NCBI GenBank assembly: GCA_965208835.1
Contig: OZ242358.1
Coordinates: 4,704,001-4,768,000, forward strand
Length of the DNA stretch: 64,000 bases
Origin: Candidatus Latescibacterota bacterium
Lineage (GTDB): Bacteria; Latescibacterota; UBA2968; GCA-2709665
Direction of reading: 5' to 3'
Of the stretch, positions 30,882 through 40,734 are shown one piece after another (position 1 is the first letter of the stretch; the number at the start of each line of letters is the position of its first letter). The translations under genes were made by a program, and so were the position numbers. A model generated the notes under the pieces. The model did no database searches, was not told the DNA's origin, and saw only the letters and a program-made list of their open reading frames with translations.

Positions 30882-31841
30882 ATGGATGATTCGCAGATGT
30901 TGACCGAAAGCGTTTCCGAGAAGCGGGCGTGGCGGACAGGTAGCATCGATGATTCCGCAACCTGGCACTATACGCTGTCCGATGATTTTCTCTCCAACAC
31001 CGAGCGCATCATACGCGAAGTGCGGGGTCGTGACCTGCCCATTACGGAGATTTCCCGCCAGGCCATGTCGTCCAACAACGGCGGCGAATACCTTCAACCG
31101 GTACTTGACGCTCTCAGATCGGGGCGTGGATTTGCCATCGTCAATCGCGTGCCGATCGATGGATATGATATTGAAGAAGCGCAGTTGATGTACTGGATGA
31201 CTGGCCAGCACCTCGGCACGCCAATGGAGCAGAATATAGAGGGGACGTTATTGTACGACGTCCGGGATACGGGCGAGAATGTGACACAGGGAGCCAGGTT
31301 TTCGGTGACCAACGCGGAGAGTACGTTTCACAACGACAATGCCTTCGGCGAACCGCTGCCCGACATTGTGGGACTGCTCTGTCTGCGCACGGCGAAATCA
31401 GGCGGCCAGAGTCAGCTTGTCAGCGGCTGCGCCCTCCATAATGAACTTCTGGAGAATCACCCCGATGCCCTCGAAACCCTCTATCAGCGATTCTATTTCG
31501 ATCGTCGAGGACAGTTCAGGGCCGGGGAGTCACCGACGTCTCATTTTCCGGTTTTTCAGTGGAGCGGGGGTGAATTGACGCTCCGATACCTGTACTATTA
31601 CATCCAGGTGGGTCACGAGTGCGCCGGCGAACCGCTGACCGCCGATCAGAGCAGCGCACTGGAAATTGTGGAAACGTTGCTTCGCCGCGCGGATTTCAGG
31701 GTGGAGTTCAATCTGCAACCCGGACAGATGCTGTTTACGAACAACCGCTGGATACTTCACAATCGCACCGCGTTCGAGGACGATGCCGACCCTGCACTTC
31801 GGCGGCACTATGTACGACTCTGGTTGCGGCACCGGGACTGA
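30882..31841 (+). CDS. TauD/TfdA family Fe(II)/2-oxoglutarate dioxygenase
   Basis: FHND (HxD), GLLCLRTAKSGG, NNRWILHNRTAF, RHYVRLWL. Confidence 0.88.
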   Translation: MDDSQMLTESVSEKRAWRTGSIDDSATWHYTLSDDFLSNTERIIREVRGRDLPITEISRQAMSSNNGGEYLQPVLDALRSGRGFAIVNRVPIDGYDIEEAQLMYWMTGQHLGTPMEQNIEGTLLYDVRDTGENVTQGARFSVTNAESTFHNDNAFGEPLPDIVGLLCLRTAKSGGQSQLVSGCALHNELLENHPDALETLYQRFYFDRRGQFRAGESPTSHFPVFQWSGGELTLRYLYYYIQVGHECAGEPLTADQSSALEIVETLLRRADFRVEFNLQPGQMLFTNNRWILHNRTAFEDDADPALRRHYVRLWLRHRD

Positions 31842-31897
31842 CGGATACAAATCACAATAAACGGTCGCTCGTTACGACCACGCGTTCACGCCTTTCG

Positions 31898-32371
31898 CTA
31901 ATCTACAATCTCGTAGACCCCTGAATTGTTCATATTCTCCCTCGTCTCCACCCTGTAGACCCAGCAACGTCCGTTCGTCGTCTCGCGTATCATTCGATCT
32001 GCGTAGTCGAACGCAAATTTGGAGGAGGCCTCCATTCCGACGTTGGGAATCACGCGCAGGTCCACAATCCCCCTGCGGTGCATTTCCTCGAACAGTTCAC
32101 GTTCGGGGTCGTTTTCGTTGATCAGCATCGTGTGGTCGAACATGTGATCCAGCCAGGCCTTCAGGTCCTTGAGCTTTCCGAAATCCACCACAAAGTGATT
32201 CTCATCCAGTTCGTCGCACGTAAAATGGAACGTAATATCCCGGTTGTAACCGTGGATAAACTGACAGTGCCCGTCGTGATGCGCCTGTCGGTGCGAACAC
32301 GGCAGATTGTGAAATGTCTTGGTGGACGAAAACCGTCCTTTTCCCCTGGTCATAGCCGCGTCTTTCTGCAT
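31898..32371 (-). CDS. queD: 6-carboxytetrahydropterin/6-pyruvoyltetrahydropterin synthase (QueD family); start uncertain
   Basis: CSHRQ...HCQFIHGY, VVDFG, FDHT. Confidence 0.75.
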   Translation of the reverse strand: MQKDAAMTRGKGRFSSTKTFHNLPCSHRQAHHDGHCQFIHGYNRDITFHFTCDELDENHFVVDFGKLKDLKAWLDHMFDHTMLINENDPERELFEEMHRRGIVDLRVIPNVGMEASSKFAFDYADRMIRETTNGRCWVYRVETRENMNNSGVYEIVD

Positions 32372-32458
32372 AGTCAAGTTCAGACAGCTCCATAGAAAAT
32401 ACTCAATCCACTCTCTCTGTCAAGATTTCAGCATCGGACAGACACGAGGAGCGCGCAG

Positions 32459-33295
32459 ATGATCATCGACACCCACACCCATTTCTACGATCCCTACCGC
32501 CCGGACGGAGTGCCCTGGCCGCCTCAGGACAACACGCTGCTCTATCGCCGTGTGCTTCCTGAAGACTATAAAGCCGTCGCCGTTTCCGAGGGAGTGACCG
32601 GTACTGTGGTCGTGGAAGCCAGTGAATGGGTTGAAGACAACCGCTGGATCCTCGATCTGGCTGCAACGGAGGCCTTCATTGTCGGCTTCGTCGGCAATCT
32701 TGACCCGGAATCGGACGACTTTGAGAAACACCTCGCGAGCCTGGCTGGAAATCCCCTCTTCCGGGGTATCCGCCTTCACAGGAACGAGGTTCAATCCGTC
32801 AGCGACTCGCTGTTTTCCAGGCTCGAGTCGCTCGCGAGGAACGACCTGTCGCTCGACCTTCTCATCGACGTCGAGCAACTGCACTCCGCCGTCCGAATTG
32901 CCGAGAGGCTGCCGGACTTGCGCATCGTACTCAATCACGTAATCCATGTACCCATTGACGGCAAGACGCCGGACCCCGAATGGATCGACGGCCTGCACAA
33001 GGTCTCACGGTACCCGAACATCTTCTGCAAGGTGTCCGGCCTGGTTGAAACCGCCCGGGAGAAACCTGCGCCGCCCGAGTTGATCTACTACGCGCCTACC
33101 CTGGACCACCTTTGGGAAATACTCGGCGTGGACAGGCTCATTTACGCCAGCAACTGGCCCGTATGCGAACACGGCGCAGATTACAAAACTGTACAGCGCA
33201 TCCCTATGGAGTACTTCAAGGCCATAGGAGAAGAGGCCGTCGAGAAGGTATTCTGGAAGAACGCAAAAGCGGCCTACAAGTGGCCCGATCAGTGA
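32459..33295 (+). CDS. Amidohydrolase_2 family (sugar-lactonase-like)
   Basis: IIDTHTHF, FRGIR, LNH, CKVSG, ASNWPV. Confidence 0.85.
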   Translation: MIIDTHTHFYDPYRPDGVPWPPQDNTLLYRRVLPEDYKAVAVSEGVTGTVVVEASEWVEDNRWILDLAATEAFIVGFVGNLDPESDDFEKHLASLAGNPLFRGIRLHRNEVQSVSDSLFSRLESLARNDLSLDLLIDVEQLHSAVRIAERLPDLRIVLNHVIHVPIDGKTPDPEWIDGLHKVSRYPNIFCKVSGLVETAREKPAPPELIYYAPTLDHLWEILGVDRLIYASNWPVCEHGADYKTVQRIPMEYFKAIGEEAVEKVFWKNAKAAYKWPDQ

Positions 33296-33400
33296 GCATT
33301 AGAAACCGCGAGCCAATGGAAGCGCGCCGCTCTGACGGCCTCGCCAGATGGAGAACGCCGTCCGGGCGTCAATCCCTTCCCGCCGGTCCGCGGTCTGCGG

Positions 33401-33757
33401 TTATTGCCGCAGAGTGAGCATGGGCCCGAGCGGCCGTCCGCCGAGCAGGTGCATATGCAGATGGTAGACCTCCTGGCCCCCGTGTTTCCCGCAGTTCACG
33501 ATCAACCGGTACCCGTCTCCGGAAAGCCCTTCCTGTTCCGCGAGCCGGGCCGCCACGGTAAACAGACGGCCGAGCGCGGCCTCGTCTTCGCACGATACAT
33601 CACTGGCAGTTTGAATCACCTTATTGGGGACGATTAGAATGTGAGTCGGCGCCTGCGGGTTGATGTCTCGAAACGCCGTGACCAGTTCATCCTGGTAGGT
33701 CATTTCCGAAGGTATCTCCTTCCGGATAATCTTGCTGAAGATCGTCTCTTCCGCCAT
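33401..33757 (-). CDS. hinT: HIT family purine nucleoside phosphoramidase
   Basis: [37 protein letters not shown]; RBS AGGAG. Confidence 0.92.
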   Translation of the reverse strand: MAEETIFSKIIRKEIPSEMTYQDELVTAFRDINPQAPTHILIVPNKVIQTASDVSCEDEAALGRLFTVAARLAEQEGLSGDGYRLIVNCGKHGGQEVYHLHMHLLGGRPLGPMLTLRQ

Positions 33758-33815
33758 GAATTCTCCTTTCGGTGATTGCTCCATTTTGCTATCTTTTGTT
33801 GCCAATATGGGCTAA

Positions 33816-33977
33816 GAAGCTGTTTTAAAATTCCCAGCGGTCTTCGCGCGGCTGCAAAAGCACCGGTCGGCGTTGGTCAAACCCACCCGTATAGACAAAT
33901 ATGGGCGGATTTGCCCGCCTTGACCGCCACTTTTTCGCTCGCGCTCGGGAACTCACCGGTAATTTTAAAACAGCTTC
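33816..33977. mobile_element. 162-bp MITE with 17-bp terminal inverted repeats and TAA flanks
   Basis: taa|GAAGCTGTTTTAAAATT ... AATTTTAAAACAGCTTC|taa; second partial copy at 29107-29161. Confidence 0.75.
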
Positions 33978-34043
33978 TAAAAAACATCTCGTCATTCGCA
34001 AATATAACCAACTCCCGACTCTTGCCCGAAAGTTCGCCGAAAC

Positions 34044-34307
34044 ATGCTTTCTGCCGTCGACCGCATTCTGACCGGTTTAACGATTGTCCTCCTCCGGTTC
34101 TACCGATTGCTTGTCTCGCCTTTTTTTCAGGTCGTTTTCGGTCCCGGCAGCGGGTGCCGGTTTCATCCCACGTGCTCCCGGTACGCCCGTGACTGCTTTC
34201 GGCAACATTCCTTTCCGGTCGCCCTGTTTCTATCGGTCTCACGAATTCTCAAATGTCATCCCTACCATCCCGGCGGATATGATCCCGCCCCGCCGAAAAG
34301 TCCATAG
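34044..34307 (+). CDS. yidD: Membrane protein insertion efficiency factor
   Basis: CRFHPTCSRY, RILKCHPYHPGGYDP. Confidence 0.9.
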   Translation: MLSAVDRILTGLTIVLLRFYRLLVSPFFQVVFGPGSGCRFHPTCSRYARDCFRQHSFPVALFLSVSRILKCHPYHPGGYDPAPPKSP

Positions 34308-34318
34308 ACCGGTTTCTT

Positions 34319-35128
34319 ATGTTCGGAATCGCCCAGATCCATTGGAGTGCGGATCCCGAAATCTTCCGCATCGGACCGGTTGTCCTGCGCTGGTACAGCT
34401 TGTGTTTTCTGGTCACTTTCGTCCTCGGCTTCTTCATTGTGCGCCGTATGTTCCGGCTCGAAGAGAAGTCTGCAAAGGACCTGGACAGCCTGGTGAACCA
34501 TATGGTTCTCGGCACCCTCATTGGCGCGCGGCTGGGACACTGCCTGTTTTACGATCCCGTATTCTACCTGACAAACCCCATTGAGATCTTCAAGATCTGG
34601 CGAGGAGGCCTTGCCAGCCACGGCGCGGCCATCGGCATCTTTGCTGCGCTTTATCTGTACGCCCGAAACCGGCCGGATCAGTCGTACCTCTGGATCCTCG
34701 ACCGCATTGTCGTTACGGTTGCCCTGGGCGGGTTCTTCATCCGTATTGGTAACTTCTTCAATTCCGAAATATACGGCACCGCGACCACTCTGCCCTGGGC
34801 GATCGTCTTTTCGCACGTGGATGCCGTCCCAAGGCATCCGGCGCAACTCTACGAATCCTTCGCCTACGGGCTGATCTTCCTCCTCCTTTATGCCGCGTAC
34901 TCAAGACAACGGGCCCGGACACCGCCGGGATTGCTTCTCGGCCTGTTCCTCGTATCGGTATTCTCATTCCGGGTGGTCGTCGAATTCGTCAAAGTCCGCC
35001 AGGCCGCTTACGGCCACGGCTTCCCCCTCAGTGTTGGACAATGGCTCAGCGTCCCACTCATCATCCTGGGCATCGTCCTGCTCGTATACGCACTAAGAAA
35101 AAGTCGCTCGACGGCCTCGACGCAGTAG
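34319..35128 (+). CDS. lgt: Prolipoprotein diacylglyceryl transferase
   Basis: LRWYS, GARLGHCLFY, GGLASHG, RIGNFFNSE, HPAQLYE. Confidence 0.95.
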   Translation: MFGIAQIHWSADPEIFRIGPVVLRWYSLCFLVTFVLGFFIVRRMFRLEEKSAKDLDSLVNHMVLGTLIGARLGHCLFYDPVFYLTNPIEIFKIWRGGLASHGAAIGIFAALYLYARNRPDQSYLWILDRIVVTVALGGFFIRIGNFFNSEIYGTATTLPWAIVFSHVDAVPRHPAQLYESFAYGLIFLLLYAAYSRQRARTPPGLLLGLFLVSVFSFRVVVEFVKVRQAAYGHGFPLSVGQWLSVPLIILGIVLLVYALRKSRSTASTQ

Positions 35129-35182
35129 GCACGGAGAGGGAAAAACGGCCGTTCCGAAACCCACACAGAAAGGCGGGACTCC

Positions 35183-35938
35183 ATGAACTCCTATACAGCC
35201 ATTGCCGGCGCACTGCAGAAATCACTCAGCCTTGCCCTGCCTCCCATTGCCGTCAGCATATCGAACGAAGTGCCCGAGGGCGTACCCGAATACGACGGTC
35301 GGGCGCCCGCCGGCTGTCTGTTCTGGCAGGAGGCAGTAAAGGGTCCCTTTGCCACCCGGACCTCCCACCACGAACTGTGCGCCATCGGCGTGTACACGCA
35401 CAATATGGCCAACCCTCCTGCTTCGTACGAAGCCGAGTTGGGCGACGTCCTGAAGACCATGTCCGGAATGGATTACGTTCGTGAACAGGACGTCCAGGAG
35501 ATCCCGGTGCTGGAAAACGAAACGAAGCATGTAATTTACGCCCCGCTGGACAAAACGCCACTCGAACCGACCGTGGTACTGCTCTTCGCGCATTCCGGGC
35601 AGAGCCTGATCATTACCGAAGCCGTCCAGCAGGTGGAACCCGCCGTTCCGCCCGCAATGGGAAGACCGGCGTGCGCCGTGGTTCCCCATGCCGTCAAGAG
35701 CGGACGGGCTGCTCTCAGCCTGGGCTGCTGCGGCGCGCGGGCATACCTGGATACCCTTTCGGACGACGTCGCCCTATGGGCACTGCCTGGTGACAAGGTG
35801 AACCTGTACGCAGCACGCATCGACATCCTCGCCAGGTCCAACGCCGTCCTGGGCGAATTCCATTCCCTGCGTCGAAAGGACATCGAAGCCGGTCTTCAAC
35901 CTACGGTTATGGAGTCTCTCTCAAGGCTGGAGAACTGA
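35183..35938 (+). CDS. DUF169 family protein
   Basis: Conserved-looking Cys pattern GCLFW, LCAIG, PAC, SLGCCGAR. Confidence 0.7.
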   Translation: MNSYTAIAGALQKSLSLALPPIAVSISNEVPEGVPEYDGRAPAGCLFWQEAVKGPFATRTSHHELCAIGVYTHNMANPPASYEAELGDVLKTMSGMDYVREQDVQEIPVLENETKHVIYAPLDKTPLEPTVVLLFAHSGQSLIITEAVQQVEPAVPPAMGRPACAVVPHAVKSGRAALSLGCCGARAYLDTLSDDVALWALPGDKVNLYAARIDILARSNAVLGEFHSLRRKDIEAGLQPTVMESLSRLEN

Positions 35939-36058
35939 CTCCGCACCATCAATTTCACGGCGCGCACGTCTTTCGCTTGAAACAGCACCGATGCGTGGTA
36001 TATTGAGAAAACGCGCGGCCATTTGCAGACTCATTTTCACGTCAGACGGAATCTCCCG

Positions 36059-36781
36059 ATGCATTCTACTTCCAAAGAACAAAACCTGGATCTGCGTGAA
36101 AAGGGCAAATCCATCAATGGACAGATACAGGCCAGCAACCGGCGGCTGTTTATGCAGTTGCACGTCTTCGAAAACTGTACTCGCACGGACACCCTTGCGG
36201 ACGCACTCGCTGAATCCGGGGTCGACGCCGTCCTTTACGTGGACGTGAACAATCCATCCGGCGTCGGGGTTCTCACACTGTCCGAATCTCCAGACGCGTT
36301 CGTGGGGGAAATCCGCTCATTGATGAACACCCGTTCCTTCGCTGAACTCCATCGAAATCCTGACCTTACCATGTTCGGGAGAACCTACGCCCACGGGTAC
36401 GAACCCGATCTTGAAGAAACGCTGCTGCGAAAGCCGCGCCGCAAGGTCCTGAACCCGGACTGGCCCTGGGCCGTGTGGTATCCGTTGCGGCGCAAGCCTG
36501 AGTTCGGGCTGCTAAGTGGTGAGGATCTACGCGGGATTCTGGGTGAACACGCCAGAATCGGGAGGGCCTACGCCGAGGCCGGTTTTGCACAGGACATCCG
36601 CCTGGCCTGTTATGGCCTGGACCGCAGCGACAACGACTTCGTCATCGGCCTGCTCGGCCCCGAGCTGCATCCTCTCTCACACGTTGTGCAGGAAATGCGA
36701 AAGACCCGGCAGACGGCGCAGTACGTACAATCTCTGGGACCGTTTTTCGTTGGTAAAGCCATCTGGCAAACGCCGCTATGA
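36059..36781 (+). CDS. Chlorite dismutase/coproheme decarboxylase-like heme protein
   Basis: WYPLRR, EHARIG (proximal His), YGLD...DFVI, GPFFVG; upstream TTGAAA-16-TATATT promoter. Confidence 0.75.
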   Translation: MHSTSKEQNLDLREKGKSINGQIQASNRRLFMQLHVFENCTRTDTLADALAESGVDAVLYVDVNNPSGVGVLTLSESPDAFVGEIRSLMNTRSFAELHRNPDLTMFGRTYAHGYEPDLEETLLRKPRRKVLNPDWPWAVWYPLRRKPEFGLLSGEDLRGILGEHARIGRAYAEAGFAQDIRLACYGLDRSDNDFVIGLLGPELHPLSHVVQEMRKTRQTAQYVQSLGPFFVGKAIWQTPL

Positions 36782-36829
36782 AACCGGAAACGAGAAACAA
36801 CGAGTTAACCTGACCCACGGCAGGCTGAC

Positions 36830-38083
36830 ATGATTCGCAAGATTGAAGCCCTCCGCTACGGCTGTCTGCGCTACATCAGCCGACCGCTGGATGCGTTCCA
36901 CATTCTGGTTGGACCCAATGCGAGCGGAAAAACGACCCTTCTTGACGCTATCGCTTTCCTCGGCGACCTCGTTTCCAATGGTTTGGAGGAGGCCGTGGGT
37001 AGACGCGCCGCGGACCTGCGTGATCTTGTCTGGCGTCGCACGTTCGACCCTCTCGAAGTCGCCATCGAACTGAGCATACCATCGCAGAAGGCTGACCTCT
37101 TCGAAAACCGCCAATACGTTCGATGCCGGTACGAAGTTACCATCGGGACGACACCCGATACCGATGAGACCGCCATCCTCGCCGAACGTGTTCTGCTTCT
37201 TCCGAACGACTCACGGAGCGATCCTGAGTGCGAACAGCAGACGCTCTTCCCCATGGACCGCCCCATGCCGGACACGCTCGCCCTGCCCCGTCTGAGAGGC
37301 GCCAGGACCATCGTACACAAGGTTCACGGGAGCAACGACAACTTCTACTACGAAACCGGCACGGGATGGGACCACTCTTTCAGGCTGGGTCCCCGGCGGT
37401 CCGCTCTGGCCAATCTGCCCGAAGATGAAACCCGATATCCGGTAGCAACCTGGCTGAAAGGCGTACTAAACAAAGGAATCCAGCGCCTGGTACTGAACAG
37501 CGCCAGCATGCGTCGTCCCAGCCCGCCCGGTCGTCCCGCCGCGTTTCAGCCAGACGGTTCCAATCTTCCCTGGGTCGTCTCCTCACTGCAGTCCAATGCG
37601 CCCGACCGATTCGCGGCCTGGGTCACATCCCTGCAATCTGTCCTGCCCGACCTGAAATCCATCCGCACAGTCGAACGCAGCGAGGATCGTCACTGTTATC
37701 TGATTTTCCAGGATCGAAACGGACTGGAAGCGCCCTCCTGGACAATTTCAGACGGCACCCTCCGCCTTATGGCGCTTACTCTCCCTGCATACCTGTCTGA
37801 TTTCGGAGGCGTGTATCTCGTTGAGGAACCCGAAAACGGGATCCATCCCCGGGCCGTGGAGACGGTTTTTCTGGCGCTCTCATCCATTGAAGATGTGCAG
37901 ATCCTCCTGACCACCCACTCACCCATTATTGTGAGCCTGGCGGAAGGCAACCAGGTCATCTGTTTTTCCAGGACCGAATCCGGCGCCACCGACATGGTCC
38001 TCAGCACGGAGAACCCCGCGCTTCGCGAATGGCAGGGCGAAACCGATCTGGGTTCGCTGTTTGCCGACGGCGTGTTGGGTTAG
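36830..38083 (+). CDS. AAA_21/ABC-type ATPase (resembles MADS Mad3 type)
   Basis: GPNASGKT, ISDGTLR, VEEPENGIHP, LTTHSP. Confidence 0.8.
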   Translation: MIRKIEALRYGCLRYISRPLDAFHILVGPNASGKTTLLDAIAFLGDLVSNGLEEAVGRRAADLRDLVWRRTFDPLEVAIELSIPSQKADLFENRQYVRCRYEVTIGTTPDTDETAILAERVLLLPNDSRSDPECEQQTLFPMDRPMPDTLALPRLRGARTIVHKVHGSNDNFYYETGTGWDHSFRLGPRRSALANLPEDETRYPVATWLKGVLNKGIQRLVLNSASMRRPSPPGRPAAFQPDGSNLPWVVSSLQSNAPDRFAAWVTSLQSVLPDLKSIRTVERSEDRHCYLIFQDRNGLEAPSWTISDGTLRLMALTLPAYLSDFGGVYLVEEPENGIHPRAVETVFLALSSIEDVQILLTTHSPIIVSLAEGNQVICFSRTESGATDMVLSTENPALREWQGETDLGSLFADGVLG

Positions 38084-38146
38084 AGAACCTGACGCTCCCC
38101 TGCTCGAGATTTCGAGGAATACCGTGGACTTTCAAGGACATGCGCC

Positions 38147-39316
38147 ATGGCTGAACTCGCCCTGAAATACGGCTGCAACCCGCACCAGATATCCGCAAGA
38201 ATACTCAACCCGCACGGGCCGCTTCCCTTCAACGTCCTGAACGGAGCACCCGGCTATATAAACCTGCTCGACGCGCTAAATTCCTGGCAACTGGTGAAGG
38301 AACTGAGGGAGGCGCTGGATACACCCGCCGCCGCCTCCTTCAAACACCTCAGTCCCGCTGGAGCCGCGGTTGCCGAGCCTTTGAACGACGACCTGAAAAA
38401 AGCGTATTTTGTCCAGGACATGGACCTTTCGCCCCTGGCCGTGGCGTACGCCCGCGCCCGGGGGGCCGACCGGCTTTCTTCGTATGGCGATTGGGCGGCC
38501 CTGAGCGACACGGTTGACGTCGCCACGGCCAGACTCCTTCGCCGCGAGGTGTCCGACGGTGTTATTGCGCCGGGATATCGTCCTGAAGCCCTGGAAATAT
38601 TAAAACAGAAAAAAGGGGGCGCCTACCCGGTCCTTCAAATCGATCCGGATTACATGCCCCGGGATACGGAACGACGGGAGGTATTCGGACTCACCTTTGA
38701 ACAGCAATCCAACGACCTGATCGCTGGTCCGGAGATCCTGAAAAACGTGGTTACACGGCGAAAGGAAGTCTCCGCGGAAAAGGCTCGAGATATGCTGGTG
38801 GCCACAATAACGCTCAAGTTCACCCAGTCAAACTCCATCTGCTTCGCATTGCAGGGCCAGGCCATCGGCGTGGGCGCGGGCCAGCAAAACCGCCTTGCGT
38901 GTACGGACATTGCAGCCGGTAAAGCCGAAGCCTGGTTTCTGCGCCAGCACCCTGCGGTATTGGGTCTGGAATTCAGAAAGGGCGCGAGGCGGCCCGAAAA
39001 GATAAACGCCATCGAACTCTATCTCAGAGGAAACATGACTTCCGAAGAGCAGAGCGCGTGGCGCGTTTCATTCCGCAAAGCACCGCCGCCCTTCGGTGAA
39101 GCGACCAGACGGGAATGGCTGCGGCGTCTGGAGGGTGTGACGCTGGGCTCCGACGCGTACATCCCCTTCCGCGACAACATCGACCGCGCCGCCCGTACCG
39201 GCGTGGAGTACGTTATCCAGACGGGCGGCTCCGTACAGGACGATGCAGTGACCGCGGCCGCCGATGAATACGGCATGGTTATGGTCAATACCGGGATCAG
39301 GCTCTTTCATCACTAG
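38147..39316 (+). CDS. AICAR formyltransferase (PurH C-terminal domain only, no IMP cyclohydrolase)
   Basis: LKYGCNPHQ, YINLLDA, SFKHLSP, TQSNS, GAGQQNR, SDAYIPFRD, GIRLFHH. Confidence 0.88.
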   Translation: MAELALKYGCNPHQISARILNPHGPLPFNVLNGAPGYINLLDALNSWQLVKELREALDTPAAASFKHLSPAGAAVAEPLNDDLKKAYFVQDMDLSPLAVAYARARGADRLSSYGDWAALSDTVDVATARLLRREVSDGVIAPGYRPEALEILKQKKGGAYPVLQIDPDYMPRDTERREVFGLTFEQQSNDLIAGPEILKNVVTRRKEVSAEKARDMLVATITLKFTQSNSICFALQGQAIGVGAGQQNRLACTDIAAGKAEAWFLRQHPAVLGLEFRKGARRPEKINAIELYLRGNMTSEEQSAWRVSFRKAPPPFGEATRREWLRRLEGVTLGSDAYIPFRDNIDRAARTGVEYVIQTGGSVQDDAVTAAADEYGMVMVNTGIRLFHH

Positions 39317-39586
39317 GTCGGTGAAAAGCAGCAAAAACAGCTCTCAGCTCTCAGCCATCAGCTTGAATCAAAAACGAAAGACAAACAACAAAGAGCAGCA
39401 GGCGGAACTACAGCGAATCCATCGAATTGACCTGCCGGAAATTCCTTTCGCCCGTTCGGTTGTAAGGATGGGGCCGTTGTTCGCGGAGAACTGTATCTTT
39501 TTCCCGGCGCCGAACGGGAACCAGGCGATCCGAAGACAACATTGTCGTATATCTTCGAATTGTCGCAAAACGCGACGAATTTTCCG

Positions 39587-39615
39587 TTGACGGCCGCGCA
39601 AACGGGCGTTATATT
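39587..39615 (+). promoter_or_regulatory. Sigma70-like promoter for sigma-factor gene
   Basis: TTGACG-17bp-TATATT, ~210 nt upstream of ATG. Confidence 0.6.
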
Positions 39616-39828
39616 GGTCGTCCGGCGCAGTTCGTTTTCCGGTAGTCTAGGCGACTGTTGCGCGGAGTTTTGTCTTTGAATACAATCGACATGTGTTAGA
39701 GTCGATCAGATTCGGTTCCACGATGCGGCGCCAGACGCCGCCGATGCAGAGTGAACATCAACAAGGCTTCCAGTTGAATGAACGGGTGTACCTGAGGCAT
39801 ACACCGTCGCATATGGGGATTATTGCAC

Positions 39829-40656
39829 ATGAATGTTAAGTCTTCGGACGGCAACGCAGACATCTATCTGCGGGATATCAGAAAATTCACGCCGCTGAGC
39901 AAAGAAGACGAAAGGGACGTGATTGCGCACGCTCAGAAGGGTAACCGTCGAGCCCTCGACCGTCTAATTACCGCCAACTTGAGATTTGTGGTCCGAATCG
40001 CCCGGGAGTACAGCGGACGGGGACTGCCCCTGTCAGACCTGATTGCCGAGGGCAATCTGGGCCTGATCCGAGCCACACGGACATTCGATCTTGCACGTGG
40101 GCACAAATTCATCACTTACGCGGTCTGGTGGATCCGTCAGGCCATCCTGTCTGCGCTTAATCGGTGTGTACACCCGGTTGTGTTCCCTGTGAATCAAATC
40201 GACGACCTCGACGTCATCAACAGGGCCAAAAACGCCCTTTCGCAATCGCTGGGCCGGATTCCCGATCTGGGTGAACTGGTTGAGAAAACCGGCATGCCCC
40301 TCAGAAGGCTGCGCCGTGCCCTCGAAGCCAACCGAACGACCGTGTCGCTCGACAGCCCCACGCACGACGGTTCCTCGGGAGTATACGCCGATACGCTACC
40401 CGCGCAGGAGTCCCGCCCGGACGAGCAGTTTGAAGATGCCCGGATCAAAAAGCTGTTGAGAGAATGCCTGAACCGGTTGCCCCAGCGCGAGGCGAGAATA
40501 TTGAGTCTGTATTTCGGCCTTGACTCGGATAAGCCGGAGCCTCTCGAACGAATTGGCAAACGCCTGCAGATCAGCAGGGAGCGGGTTCGGCAACTCAAAG
40601 ACAGAGCGCTCAGCAGACTCCGGCTCAATTTTGTGCAGGAAAACATGATCTCGTAG
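39829..40656 (+). CDS. RNA polymerase sigma factor, RpoD/SigA family lacking region 1.1
   Basis: ANLRFVV, DLIAEGNLGL, KFITYAVWWIRQAI, ISRERVRQ. Confidence 0.92.
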   Translation: MNVKSSDGNADIYLRDIRKFTPLSKEDERDVIAHAQKGNRRALDRLITANLRFVVRIAREYSGRGLPLSDLIAEGNLGLIRATRTFDLARGHKFITYAVWWIRQAILSALNRCVHPVVFPVNQIDDLDVINRAKNALSQSLGRIPDLGELVEKTGMPLRRLRRALEANRTTVSLDSPTHDGSSGVYADTLPAQESRPDEQFEDARIKKLLRECLNRLPQREARILSLYFGLDSDKPEPLERIGKRLQISRERVRQLKDRALSRLRLNFVQENMIS

Positions 40657-40675
40657 ACAAGGATATGCGGCGCAC

Positions 40676-40718
40676 ACAAATAAAGCGGGCGGCCAGCATG
40701 GCCGCCCGCTTTATTTGT
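40676..40718. terminator. Bidirectional intrinsic terminator
   Basis: Perfect 20-bp arms ACAAATAAAGCGGGCGGCCA-gca-TGGCCGCCCGCTTTATTTGT between convergent genes. Confidence 0.85.
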
Positions 40719-40734
40719 TACACGTGGTATTCGC

